Shown: positions 55,568 through 64,000 of the stretch, in pieces | How the letters are laid out: each line of letters starts with the position of its first letter | How positions within the stretch are numbered: the first letter of the stretch is position 1 | IMG/VR virus record: IMGVR_UViG_3300008952_000019 | Span: 1-64,000 of that record | Source of the DNA: a virus | DNA: 64,000 nucleotides | Reading direction: 5' to 3' (one strand) | Position numbers and translations under genes: made by a program | The notes under the pieces: generated by a model | Database searches by the model: none | What the model was told of the DNA's origin: nothing | What the model saw: only the letters and a program-made list of their open reading frames with translations

Positions 55568-58500
55568 TATATCACCGTTACTGTTCCTTCAATTGTTACT
55601 TGTTCTGACATTGTTAAAGGTCCGACTAATGCAGTATTTTTATTAGAGGCACCATACGTACTTACTGTACTTATCGTGTCATCATTTTGGTATTGATATG
55701 GAATTATTGTAAAATCACCATCAAGACTTGCGTTCATCATACCACCTGTTACGGAATTGGCACTAGGAACTAAGGCTTGTGAAACAGAGGTTTGAAGATG
55801 TTTTACTAATATTTTTTGACCATTAACTAATGCATCCGTAAAATTTAATGTATTATTGCCTACTGTATAATCACTTACAGGAAGTATTACGTTATTTTTT
55901 ATAACTAATACACTTTCTTTAGTCGGTGGTGTAGCAGACAGAGCCATGCTTGTTTCTCCACCTGCAGCAGTCATAGAATCTTCAATAAAATTTTGTACAA
56001 TATTAGCAGATCTAGGTTTAAATGCCATTATTTCAACTTCATCTCCTACATTTAAAATAAAACCCAAATCTATTTTAAAAGTATTAGCATTTAATGTGTA
56101 ATCAGATCCTGATAATTTAACACCATTTAAAAATACCTCAAAATGTCCGTTTGTTAATGCCGAAGAACTATTTACTGTTGTTTCTCCTCCAGCAGCAGTA
56201 TAAGTAGATTTACTATAAATCGCTAATGTCGAATCAGTCGATGTAACAGTTCTTGTTGCAATAATTTCAAAAGAATCACCATTAGTTAAAGTAACATTAT
56301 TTAAAAATACACGATATGGTGCTTGTGTAGCGGTTGCAGTATAATCCGAACCTTTTAATTTGGCACCTTTGTGATAACATTCTACATAACCTGTAGCATA
56401 AGGTTCTGCAAGATCAAAATATGTTTCACTGCCTGTTGCAGTCCATTCTTGTTTGAAGTATATAACATTAGCACTTACTAATTTACCACCTTGGTTAACC
56501 ATATCAATTGTATCACCTAGTCTTGCGGCAGTTGCTAATCTAATAGTTGAACCATCTAAAGAATCAAAATCGTCTTGGAGTAATTTAATACCGTTTAAAA
56601 ATACATCTACGTTACCAGGAGCATATGAAAAATTAAATACATCTTTAGTAGTTTCGTTTATTACTTCTGAATACCGTGTAATAGTAGTACCAGATGCTGT
56701 ATTAACCCATTTATCAGCTGAACTATTATAAATTAATGTATCTCCATCTCCTAAAGCACTTATTTCAGAATCTGACAGTTGGGCGACTGTAGTAACTGCA
56801 TCTCCTAATTCAAATTGGCCTGTGTTTGCATTATATGATAAAATTTTTCCATCTGCTAAACCTGTTACTGCATCAACATTACCTAATGTGTTTAAATTTA
56901 TTGGTTCTGCTTTCCATGTTGTATCACTGGCATCATATACTAATCCGTAACCCGAAAGTAATGTTCCGGTTGTGCTTACATTACCTAAATCTCCTAATGC
57001 TCCGCCTAGCGGAGTTTCTGTGTTTACTGAAGATACATAATAAGGTTTTCCTGATTTAAAATAAACTGTTCCTCCTGTTGTAGGTTGGGTCGGAGGCGTT
57101 TGTAAATCTGTTTCTAAATGTATACCTAATTGGGCAGTTAATGGAGCTCCGTGAGGAACATATAATGGTTTATTAAGTCCGTCTTGGACAATTATTGGAT
57201 CAGACGATTCTGATTCTTGTTGATTAATAACAAATTTACCACTTGGGGCACTTGTACCTATACCTACTCTACCTTCGCTATAATAGATGCTACCTAAAAT
57301 TGTGCCTGCCAACCATTGTGATGCAATATCTTTTAATACAAATGTTTTATTTAAATCATCCCATACTATTGTCCATCCTTCTCTAGTACTATCTAATACA
57401 CCAGTTTGAATATCAGATAATTGGTTAAAAGTTTGTGATGTTATATCTGTTAAATAACCTGCACTTGCGTGATTACCCCAACCATGGGCAGTAACTCCTA
57501 ATTGTGAATTAGATAGTACCCCAGGATCGATTTCTAAAGTATCACTAGTTGTTATTATAGCATTACCAGAACTAGTTGTTATACCTGTTCCGGCAGTAAT
57601 AGATGTTAACCCTGTAACCCATTGTAATGCAGATCCGTTTGTACTTAAATATTGCCCATTAGTTCCTGTTCCTACATCTAATTCAGAAATAGTTATAGAA
57701 TTTGCAGGTAGATCTAATCTACCACCATTATTAACTAATGTTACACCATTTCCTGCACCAATTTGAGTATCTGTTCCTAAAACAATTTTTTCTACTTGTA
57801 AACCATCAGCACTAGATTTTATAGTTACAGGATTTGCGCCTCCTAATATCATTGCAGGAGGCATAGATAATATACCATTTGATTCTGTTATTAAGTTAGA
57901 ACCTAGATCTAAAGTATTAGCAAAAACAGTTCTCCATGGTAATGTTTCTGCTCCTATATTATAAGTTCCTGATACACCAGGTATAATATTTTCTCCAACA
58001 GATGTTAATGATACAGATATTGTTATTTCTTTATCGCCTGATGCATTATCTGTTGTAATACCTATACCTGCACCTTCAATAAATTCTAATGATCTAGAAC
58101 TATCCATAGATATTACAGGTTGTCCACTAACTATTATTGTTTTTAGATAATCTGTAAAACCTACTTTTAATACACCTGTACTAGTTTCTGTTAATGTATA
58201 ACCTTCTGTAACATCAAATTCTAAACTTTTAGCATTAACAAATGTTTGATTGTTATATATAAAATCTGCAGATGCTGGTGATATCCATGTTAATCCCCCT
58301 GATGATCCTAAACCTAGTACTTGACCAGCAGTACCTGATCCTCCTCCTATATCCATTTGAGGAATTCCTACACCGTTTGGAGCAATAGCACTTGTTGTAG
58401 AAAATGTTACTCCCATAAATCTAACTTTTACGATTGCATTGTATACAGGAGCATTTACAAATGTTAATGTTGTTCCATCAACCGAATATGCATTATCAGC

Positions 58501-59352
58501 ACCCGGGTTTTGTACTATTCCATTTACTGTTATTAAAAGTTGATTGGCCGAAGCTGCAGACTGAGAAAGTGTATATACTTTAGTAGTTGCGTCACCATAA
58601 AATGTATCTACATAATATGTACTTTGAGACAATTTTATAGGAGTTATACTTCCATCTGCAACGGTTGCTTGAACTGTATCCATATTAAGATAAGTTACAG
58701 TAACATCCATTCCATTAGGTATATTGCCACTAAATACTAATTTTGACGGAGCAGTACCGACAATAGTATATGATGCCGGTGGTTGATATAAATTATCTAC
58801 AAATACTAAAATATCTGTAGGTGACGGGGGGACTCTAGTTAATGTAAATTCTGAAGTTGAACCATCAGCAGAAAAAGTATCTACAGATAAATTTGCTTGA
58901 GTCGTAGTTGCTAATGTAAGTTTACCCGTTGAGGCATCAGTTGTAAGTTGTATACCCGAACCAGCAATAAATTCAACTTCTCCTGAGGGAGGAACATTTA
59001 AATTAGACTGTCCTGAAACTGTTATAGTTTCAAATCCGCCTTTAGCAGGGATGAACGTGCCAGTAGAATGTTCATACTTAAGAACATCACCGTCTACTAA
59101 ACCTGTTTCGTTAACATCTCCTAAATCGAGAATATTACCGCCACCAATAGATGTCCAAATAGAATTAGTTAAATCATTGGGGTTTTTAGAATATCCTTCA
59201 AATTTACCAGTATTAGTATTATATCGTATAATACCTTCTGCTGGACTAGAAGGTCGTTGGGCAGTTGTACCAGTAGGAACTGTCAATCCTTCTGTTCCAC
59301 GAATAACTGGATCTATTTTTATTGTTTTTCCTGAAACATATGTTCTGCTCAT
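55567..59352 (-). CDS. Large modular virion structural protein (1261 aa)
   Basis: VPTGTTAQRP....G.IRYNT..GKFEGY; DG.T..FTL domains; VFLNG.KL...DY repeats; C-terminal VGPLT....TIEGTVTVI. Confidence 0.75.
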   Translation of the reverse strand: MSRTYVSGKTIKIDPVIRGTEGLTVPTGTTAQRPSSPAEGIIRYNTNTGKFEGYSKNPNDLTNSIWTSIGGGNILDLGDVNETGLVDGDVLKYEHSTGTFIPAKGGFETITVSGQSNLNVPPSGEVEFIAGSGIQLTTDASTGKLTLATTTQANLSVDTFSADGSTSEFTLTRVPPSPTDILVFVDNLYQPPASYTIVGTAPSKLVFSGNIPNGMDVTVTYLNMDTVQATVADGSITPIKLSQSTYYVDTFYGDATTKVYTLSQSAASANQLLITVNGIVQNPGADNAYSVDGTTLTFVNAPVYNAIVKVRFMGVTFSTTSAIAPNGVGIPQMDIGGGSGTAGQVLGLGSSGGLTWISPASADFIYNNQTFVNAKSLEFDVTEGYTLTETSTGVLKVGFTDYLKTIIVSGQPVISMDSSRSLEFIEGAGIGITTDNASGDKEITISVSLTSVGENIIPGVSGTYNIGAETLPWRTVFANTLDLGSNLITESNGILSMPPAMILGGANPVTIKSSADGLQVEKIVLGTDTQIGAGNGVTLVNNGGRLDLPANSITISELDVGTGTNGQYLSTNGSALQWVTGLTSITAGTGITTSSGNAIITTSDTLEIDPGVLSNSQLGVTAHGWGNHASAGYLTDITSQTFNQLSDIQTGVLDSTREGWTIVWDDLNKTFVLKDIASQWLAGTILGSIYYSEGRVGIGTSAPSGKFVINQQESESSDPIIVQDGLNKPLYVPHGAPLTAQLGIHLETDLQTPPTQPTTGGTVYFKSGKPYYVSSVNTETPLGGALGDLGNVSTTGTLLSGYGLVYDASDTTWKAEPINLNTLGNVDAVTGLADGKILSYNANTGQFELGDAVTTVAQLSDSEISALGDGDTLIYNSSADKWVNTASGTTITRYSEVINETTKDVFNFSYAPGNVDVFLNGIKLLQDDFDSLDGSTIRLATAARLGDTIDMVNQGGKLVSANVIYFKQEWTATGSETYFDLAEPYATGYVECYHKGAKLKGSDYTATATQAPYRVFLNNVTLTNGDSFEIIATRTVTSTDSTLAIYSKSTYTAAGGETTVNSSSALTNGHFEVFLNGVKLSGSDYTLNANTFKIDLGFILNVGDEVEIMAFKPRSANIVQNFIEDSMTAAGGETSMALSATPPTKESVLVIKNNVILPVSDYTVGNNTLNFTDALVNGQKILVKHLQTSVSQALVPSANSVTGGMMNASLDGDFTIIPYQYQNDDTISTVSTYGASNKNTALVGPLTMSEQVTIEGTVTVI

Positions 59353-59366
59353 TCATAAATTCCTTA

Positions 59367-62327
59367 TTAATTTGTTCCCCATTGGGCATCACCTTGAAGC
59401 ACTTTCAGTTCGTCTCCTGCTGCAGGTGCAGGAACTAATCCAGCAGTACCAGCCGCACTAGCCGAAGCAGCACCAAACGGAAATAATGCAGTAATATCTA
59501 CTATTTTTATAACACCATTCATATTAGAATGGGCACCACATTGGTAAACGTAATCACCCGAAATAGTTTGTGGTACTGTCCAAAATACTAAATTATCTAC
59601 TTGCCCTTGGGCATTCGCTTCCGTAAACCATTGTTGAGACGTTGAATTCCAAAATCGCAATCCTGTATTATAATCATTTGTTGCACCAGTTACTCCTTCT
59701 CCGGTTGATGTTTTAATTCTAAATGGATGGCCACTACAATCTAAATCAAAACAATATGTATGTCCAGACATTAAATAAATTGTTGGACTTACCGCTGCGG
59801 TTACTCCATCTATTTTTTTCATAGTAGTTGTATCTAATGTTATATCTTCTATCACATAATCATATGTAGGAGTTGTTACTTTAAATGTTCTTGCCGCAAA
59901 TGACTTAGAATTGTATTGTATATCACTAGTATCGGGTAAAGAATTAGTAATTGTTATACTGTCATTGATAGTACTAGTAACTAGAGTTATACCAGTACCA
60001 GCAACCATAGTTAATGTATCTGCAGGATCACTTGCAGATATAGTACCTTGTCCTGCTACTGCAATATTTTTATATGTATCTTGGCTTGTTGCTGACGCAG
60101 AAATTATTACTTTATCGTTTGTAGCATCTGTTGTTAATGTTACATTTGACCCTGCTTCAAAAGTTAATGTATCTGTAGGTGTATCTGCTACAACATTAGT
60201 TTCGCCTGAAACTGCTATTGTTGTAAATGCAGTACTAGCATTTGCAGAGTTTGTAATAGTTATTTCGTCTGCTGAAGAATCTGAAGATATATTAATACCA
60301 GTTCCTGCAACAAAAGTTAAAACATCAGGTGCTTGATCTGCTACAACATCAGCAAAACCAGATACACTAATAGTACCAAATGCATTTGTAGACGACCCTC
60401 CACCCCCGGATGCAGTAGAATTAATTGTAACAGTTTTTGCAGACGAATCTGTTGCTATTATAACATTATCTCCAGCAACAAATGTTACTGTATCTTCTAC
60501 ACCACTTGCTATTATACTAGGTTGACCTGACACTGAAATTGTTTTAAACAAATTTGAAGCATCTTGAGAAATAGTTAACACATCTGCAGATATCGAAGTT
60601 GTAATACCTGTTCCGCCTAATATTGATAATGCATCTTCGGAACTGTTAGCAATAGCTGATCCTGCATCCGAAGTTATAGTTTTCCATAAATCTTGGGTAG
60701 TTCCGCTGCCTGATCCGCTACCGGTAGAATTAATTGTAATTGTATTTGTGCTTGCATCTAAAATAGTATCAACATTTGTGCCTCCGGCAAATATAAGTTC
60801 TTCTGTTACATCTGTAGCAGTTTTAGATCCACCTGTATCAGCAGTAACTTTATAAAATACACCTGTAGGCACTTCTGTTGATTTTGCTACCCGTAACCAT
60901 TCTCCACTATTACTTGTTGCAGAAAAATATAATTCGTTGTTTGCTACACCAACACAACCCGGATATGTACCAGCAGGTATAGCACTTTCTAAACCACTTT
61001 TTAAACTAAAACTATTTTTAAATAAAACATTATGAGGTACTATTAAATTACCACCAACAGTTAGATCCCCTAGAAATTCTGATTCTGTAGCTGTAATTTT
61101 AAATCTTGTATTACCTTGATTAGTAAAAGTAAATAAGGGTCTATTTATTACTGCTGCAGGTGTCCCATATGCATAATCTGTAACATCACTACCTCGTCTG
61201 ACAGTAAATTCCATCATAGAAGTAGTACCTGTATCTTTAGCAACAGCTACTTCTGATATAATATTAATAGGAGATATTGCTGAATTAGATTCTACTCCTC
61301 CCCGTAGTGCAGGAGCTAAAGATGATGTAGATGTCGAAGCATTAGATAATTCTAAAAAATCATCTGTTGCATCTGCTAATTTGCCCCTTAAAAATATTTC
61401 TTTATCTGTAGTACCAGGTTGATTAATAGTAATAGTATTACCAAATTGTAATGTATTTTGAAATATCAAACTTCCGGCAAATGTTAAATCTCCTGCTAAT
61501 GTAAAATCACCTGTATTTTTTACATAACCAGATTCTAAAGAAAATACATTATTTGATAAATCTAATCCTGTACCTGCGGTATAAGCAATAGCCGCAGCAT
61601 CTATAGTTATTTCATCATTTGTTTGAGAAACGGTTATGTTAGTGCCTCCTAAAATACTTCTAAATTGTAAAGCATTAGTAGTACTGTCTTTAGCATAAAA
61701 AACTTGGCCTTCGCCTGCGCCTCTATTTGATCCTAAATTTTCTTCACCTGTGTTTTCAACAAATTCTAATGCTCCTTCGGCAGTATTAACTCTTAAAAAT
61801 TTATGTTGTTGACCGGTAAATGTACTAGGAGTATCAGTTAATAATGTAAATTCTGAAACACCTGATCCGCCGCTGCTTCCAGCAGGCTTATCTACTGGTT
61901 GCCATTGGCTTGCACTTGAAACCCAATGAAGTATTTGACCATCAGTGGCACCTATAGTAACATCATTTAAATTAGTTAATGTTTGGGCTGTTATACTTGT
62001 TAAATAATTAAATGATGCATGATTACCCCAACTGTATGCAGTTTGAGCATTTGTTAATGTGTTTTGGGTATCAATAGTTAATGCTATTGATCCTGAAGCA
62101 GTAATAGGTCCACCTGTTAATCCAGTTCCTGTATCTATTTGTGTAACAGTACCTGTTCCTGTACCAACAAATTCACTATGTAATAACACTCTATGACCAC
62201 CTACAGTAGCACCATCATGTATTCGTATTGTATTAAGATCAGTATCTACAGTTACTTCACCTTGAGCTCCGGTAAATGTTGCGTGTTGGACTGTACTGCC
62301 TCTTCTAAATTTAACTTCTGTACTCAT
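59367..62327 (-). CDS. Fibre protein with Mtd N-terminal-like domain and C-terminal cupredoxin-like domain
   Basis: VKFRRGST.QH.TFTGA.GEVTVDT...HDG.T.GG start; about six F.TI.V.G....AD...D.LT..AG repeats; GHPF...YQCGAHSNM.G. Confidence 0.75.
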   Translation of the reverse strand: MSTEVKFRRGSTVQHATFTGAQGEVTVDTDLNTIRIHDGATVGGHRVLLHSEFVGTGTGTVTQIDTGTGLTGGPITASGSIALTIDTQNTLTNAQTAYSWGNHASFNYLTSITAQTLTNLNDVTIGATDGQILHWVSSASQWQPVDKPAGSSGGSGVSEFTLLTDTPSTFTGQQHKFLRVNTAEGALEFVENTGEENLGSNRGAGEGQVFYAKDSTTNALQFRSILGGTNITVSQTNDEITIDAAAIAYTAGTGLDLSNNVFSLESGYVKNTGDFTLAGDLTFAGSLIFQNTLQFGNTITINQPGTTDKEIFLRGKLADATDDFLELSNASTSTSSLAPALRGGVESNSAISPINIISEVAVAKDTGTTSMMEFTVRRGSDVTDYAYGTPAAVINRPLFTFTNQGNTRFKITATESEFLGDLTVGGNLIVPHNVLFKNSFSLKSGLESAIPAGTYPGCVGVANNELYFSATSNSGEWLRVAKSTEVPTGVFYKVTADTGGSKTATDVTEELIFAGGTNVDTILDASTNTITINSTGSGSGSGTTQDLWKTITSDAGSAIANSSEDALSILGGTGITTSISADVLTISQDASNLFKTISVSGQPSIIASGVEDTVTFVAGDNVIIATDSSAKTVTINSTASGGGGSSTNAFGTISVSGFADVVADQAPDVLTFVAGTGINISSDSSADEITITNSANASTAFTTIAVSGETNVVADTPTDTLTFEAGSNVTLTTDATNDKVIISASATSQDTYKNIAVAGQGTISASDPADTLTMVAGTGITLVTSTINDSITITNSLPDTSDIQYNSKSFAARTFKVTTPTYDYVIEDITLDTTTMKKIDGVTAAVSPTIYLMSGHTYCFDLDCSGHPFRIKTSTGEGVTGATNDYNTGLRFWNSTSQQWFTEANAQGQVDNLVFWTVPQTISGDYVYQCGAHSNMNGVIKIVDITALFPFGAASASAAGTAGLVPAPAAGDELKVLQGDAQWGTN

Positions 62328-62336
62328 TTTATTTCC

Positions 62337-64000
62337 TCAAACTACTGTTTGTCCTAAAAATTTATAAACTTTGCCTGTGTCATTTGAACCATAACCAGTT
62401 CTTGTTATGACATATAATTCTTTATTAATATCTTCTCCAAATCCTATAATAAATTCAGATAAACTAATTGCAATAGGATTTAATTGAGCTATCGAGTATA
62501 CTCCTGTTAGCGGTTCTTTTAAATAATATATAACACCCGATGCATCACTCCAATCCTTACTCCAATCTGCAAAAACATATTTTCCGATTAATTCTGTACA
62601 AGTAGATCCCCTATAAATATTTCCGCCTATAATAGATAATCCTTGGGTATGATCATATTCTGCCGCAGGAGATATCATTCCATTCATAAATGTCTGCACA
62701 TCAGTTCCTTCAGCAGTAGCAACAGAAATACCATGATTTAAATCATATACATTTGTACCTTCTTTAACACTCCACCCATGGTTTTCTCCTTTACCTACAA
62801 TTTTAATACTTTCTTTATTACTTTGCCCTACATCTCCTACCCATACTTTATTTGTTGTTTGGTCTATACTTATTTTATAAGGATTTCTAAATCCTCTAGC
62901 AAAAATTTCTTCTTTATTTGTTGAATGATCTTTATATGGATTATCAGTAGGTATTGAATACAATCCATATTCTGAAGAACCTTGATCAATGTTTATTCTT
63001 AAAATTTTTCCTAATAAACTAGTTTTACTTTGTCCATTTGCTTGTGCAGTTGCCTGACCATTGCCTCCATCACCTGTACCTATATACAAATAACCATCTG
63101 TTCCAAACGCTAGAGCTCCGCCATTATGTGTCGAAAATGGTTGATCGAATCGCATTATAATATCTTCTGTAGTACCCGATACATCGTCATTTGCTGGATC
63201 TGCTACTGTATATTTTGCTATAATACTTTCATGATCTATTCCTGCTCCTGATTTAGGTGCAGAATAATAAACAAAAACCCAACCATTAGAATTAAAGTTA
63301 GGATGAAATGCTAACCCTAGTAAACCTCGTTCATCATATGAACTTGTTAATGTTTGTATTTTAGACGATAAATCTAAAAATGGGGTTGACAAAAGTACCG
63401 CACCCTTGTATACTTTAATTTTGCCTCCTTGTTCAGCAATAAACAATCTAGTATCATGTCCTGTATTAGTTAATACTGTCGGTGCATTTAATCCTGAAGT
63501 TATTACAGGATCTATATTAACACCGACATCATCAGATATAAATCCAAAATCAGAACTAGATGTTGATAGTTGTAAATTACCATTATCTGTTGGCAATAAT
63601 CCTCTATCTTCTTTATTAAGTGTATAATCAGGTGTTTTTATTCTTATTAAATTTTCTTCACTTGTAATAACAATACCATCGCCTGCTATTAATCTTTTAA
63701 ATTCTAAATTAACATTACTTTTTGCTTTAAACACACCTATACCATCTGTATTGGTACCAGCATTACTTGCAGTATTTGCTTCTCCTCCGACAGCTCCTGG
63801 AGGTGTTTGCCATGTTAATGTACCGCTTCCGTCAGTCATTAAAAATTGGCCTGATGTACCGTCAGCACTAGGATATGAAATATCACTAATTTGTACTTTA
63901 CCGCCTGAGCCGGGTGTTAATTTTAAATTAGACGAAGGAGCCGATTTAATACCATGAGTATTAACATTTAAGTCTCCTCCTAAAACAGGGGTAGAATCAT
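62337..64000 (-). CDS. Fibre-type N-terminus fused to a PQQ-dependent glucose/sorbosone dehydrogenase-family beta-propeller; 5' end lies beyond the window
   Basis: The frame stays open from 63998 (DSTPVLGGDLNV...YPSADGTSGQFLMTDGSG). GSDH motifs ERGLLGLAFHPNF, HNGGALAFGTDGYLYIGTGDGG, LLGKILRI, GFRNP, GDVGQ, NHGW. Confidence 0.85.
   Translation of the reverse strand, partial: DSTPVLGGDLNVNTHGIKSAPSSNLKLTPGSGGKVQISDISYPSADGTSGQFLMTDGSGTLTWQTPPGAVGGEANTASNAGTNTDGIGVFKAKSNVNLEFKRLIAGDGIVITSEENLIRIKTPDYTLNKEDRGLLPTDNGNLQLSTSSSDFGFISDDVGVNIDPVITSGLNAPTVLTNTGHDTRLFIAEQGGKIKVYKGAVLLSTPFLDLSSKIQTLTSSYDERGLLGLAFHPNFNSNGWVFVYYSAPKSGAGIDHESIIAKYTVADPANDDVSGTTEDIIMRFDQPFSTHNGGALAFGTDGYLYIGTGDGGNGQATAQANGQSKTSLLGKILRINIDQGSSEYGLYSIPTDNPYKDHSTNKEEIFARGFRNPYKISIDQTTNKVWVGDVGQSNKESIKIVGKGENHGWSVKEGTNVYDLNHGISVATAEGTDVQTFMNGMISPAAEYDHTQGLSIIGGNIYRGSTCTELIGKYVFADWSKDWSDASGVIYYLKEPLTGVYSIAQLNPIAISLSEFIIGFGEDINKELYVITRTGYGSNDTGKVYKFLGQTVV

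Noticed and set aside
15041-62327. Diversity-generating retroelement suggested by two Mtd-N-like fibre genes
   Set aside because: No reverse transcriptase was recognised and no roughly 100-bp repeat pair with adenine-specific mismatches was noticed. Mtd-N is a generic anchoring domain. A DGR elsewhere in the genome cannot be excluded.
6809-63957. The many 60-140 aa ORFs nested antisense or off-frame within long genes (e.g. 15060..15425, 59051..59461, 59911..60336)
   Set aside because: They lie mostly or wholly inside motif-supported genes, have composition expected from antisense reading of Thr/Gly/Ser codons, and show no recognisable motifs
1-64000. Stop-codon reassignment as in some jumbo phages
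   Set aside because: The standard code already gives near-complete coding density with ORFs up to 2505 aa, and TAA, TAG and TGA all end genes at sensible boundaries
1-64000. tRNA, rRNA, intron, intein or IS element
   Set aside because: Intergenic gaps are under 90 bp and AT-rich, and no cloverleaf, homing-endonuclease, intein or transposase motifs were recognised by eye
1-64000. Assigning a cyanobacterial host from the phycobiliprotein-like repeats and halogenase
   Set aside because: No photosynthesis or other host-diagnostic gene was recognised in the window, and these families are not restricted to cyanophages as far as recalled

Overview
AT-rich (roughly one-third GC by eye), wall-to-wall coding segment of a large T4-like/jumbo myophage genome, most likely aquatic. 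After a + strand tail-completion (gp15-like) gene and a NUDIX hydrolase, about 62 kb is an almost uninterrupted minus-strand late region of about 38 genes. It encodes modular virion fibre/appendage proteins, with (T/A/G)ATAAATA late-promoter boxes in most of the larger intergenic gaps. No rRNA, tRNA, CRISPR array, integrase, transposase or reverse transcriptase was recognised. Main points of interest: (1) three cassettes in which unusual fibre/tip genes are followed by chaperone-like genes and then tailoring enzymes (two 2OG-Fe(II) oxygenases; a flavin-dependent Trp halogenase; a U32-family Fe-S enzyme fused to a SAM methyltransferase plus a DUF401-like transporter), suggesting post-translational decoration of the virion; (2) a 1970-aa structural protein with four C-T-R-D repeats resembling the bilin-attachment helix of phycobiliproteins; (3) enzyme or redox domains fused to fibre scaffolds (subtilase, PQQ-type sugar dehydrogenase, cupredoxin with intact copper ligands); (4) a mirror-symmetric R-x-x-x ladder with a Trp-rich tip; (5) repeated nested duplications in which a domain is inserted inside a copy of itself; (6) a tandem array of four Cys/His/Trp-rich paralogs. 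All family calls come from motif recognition by eye; no database search was run.
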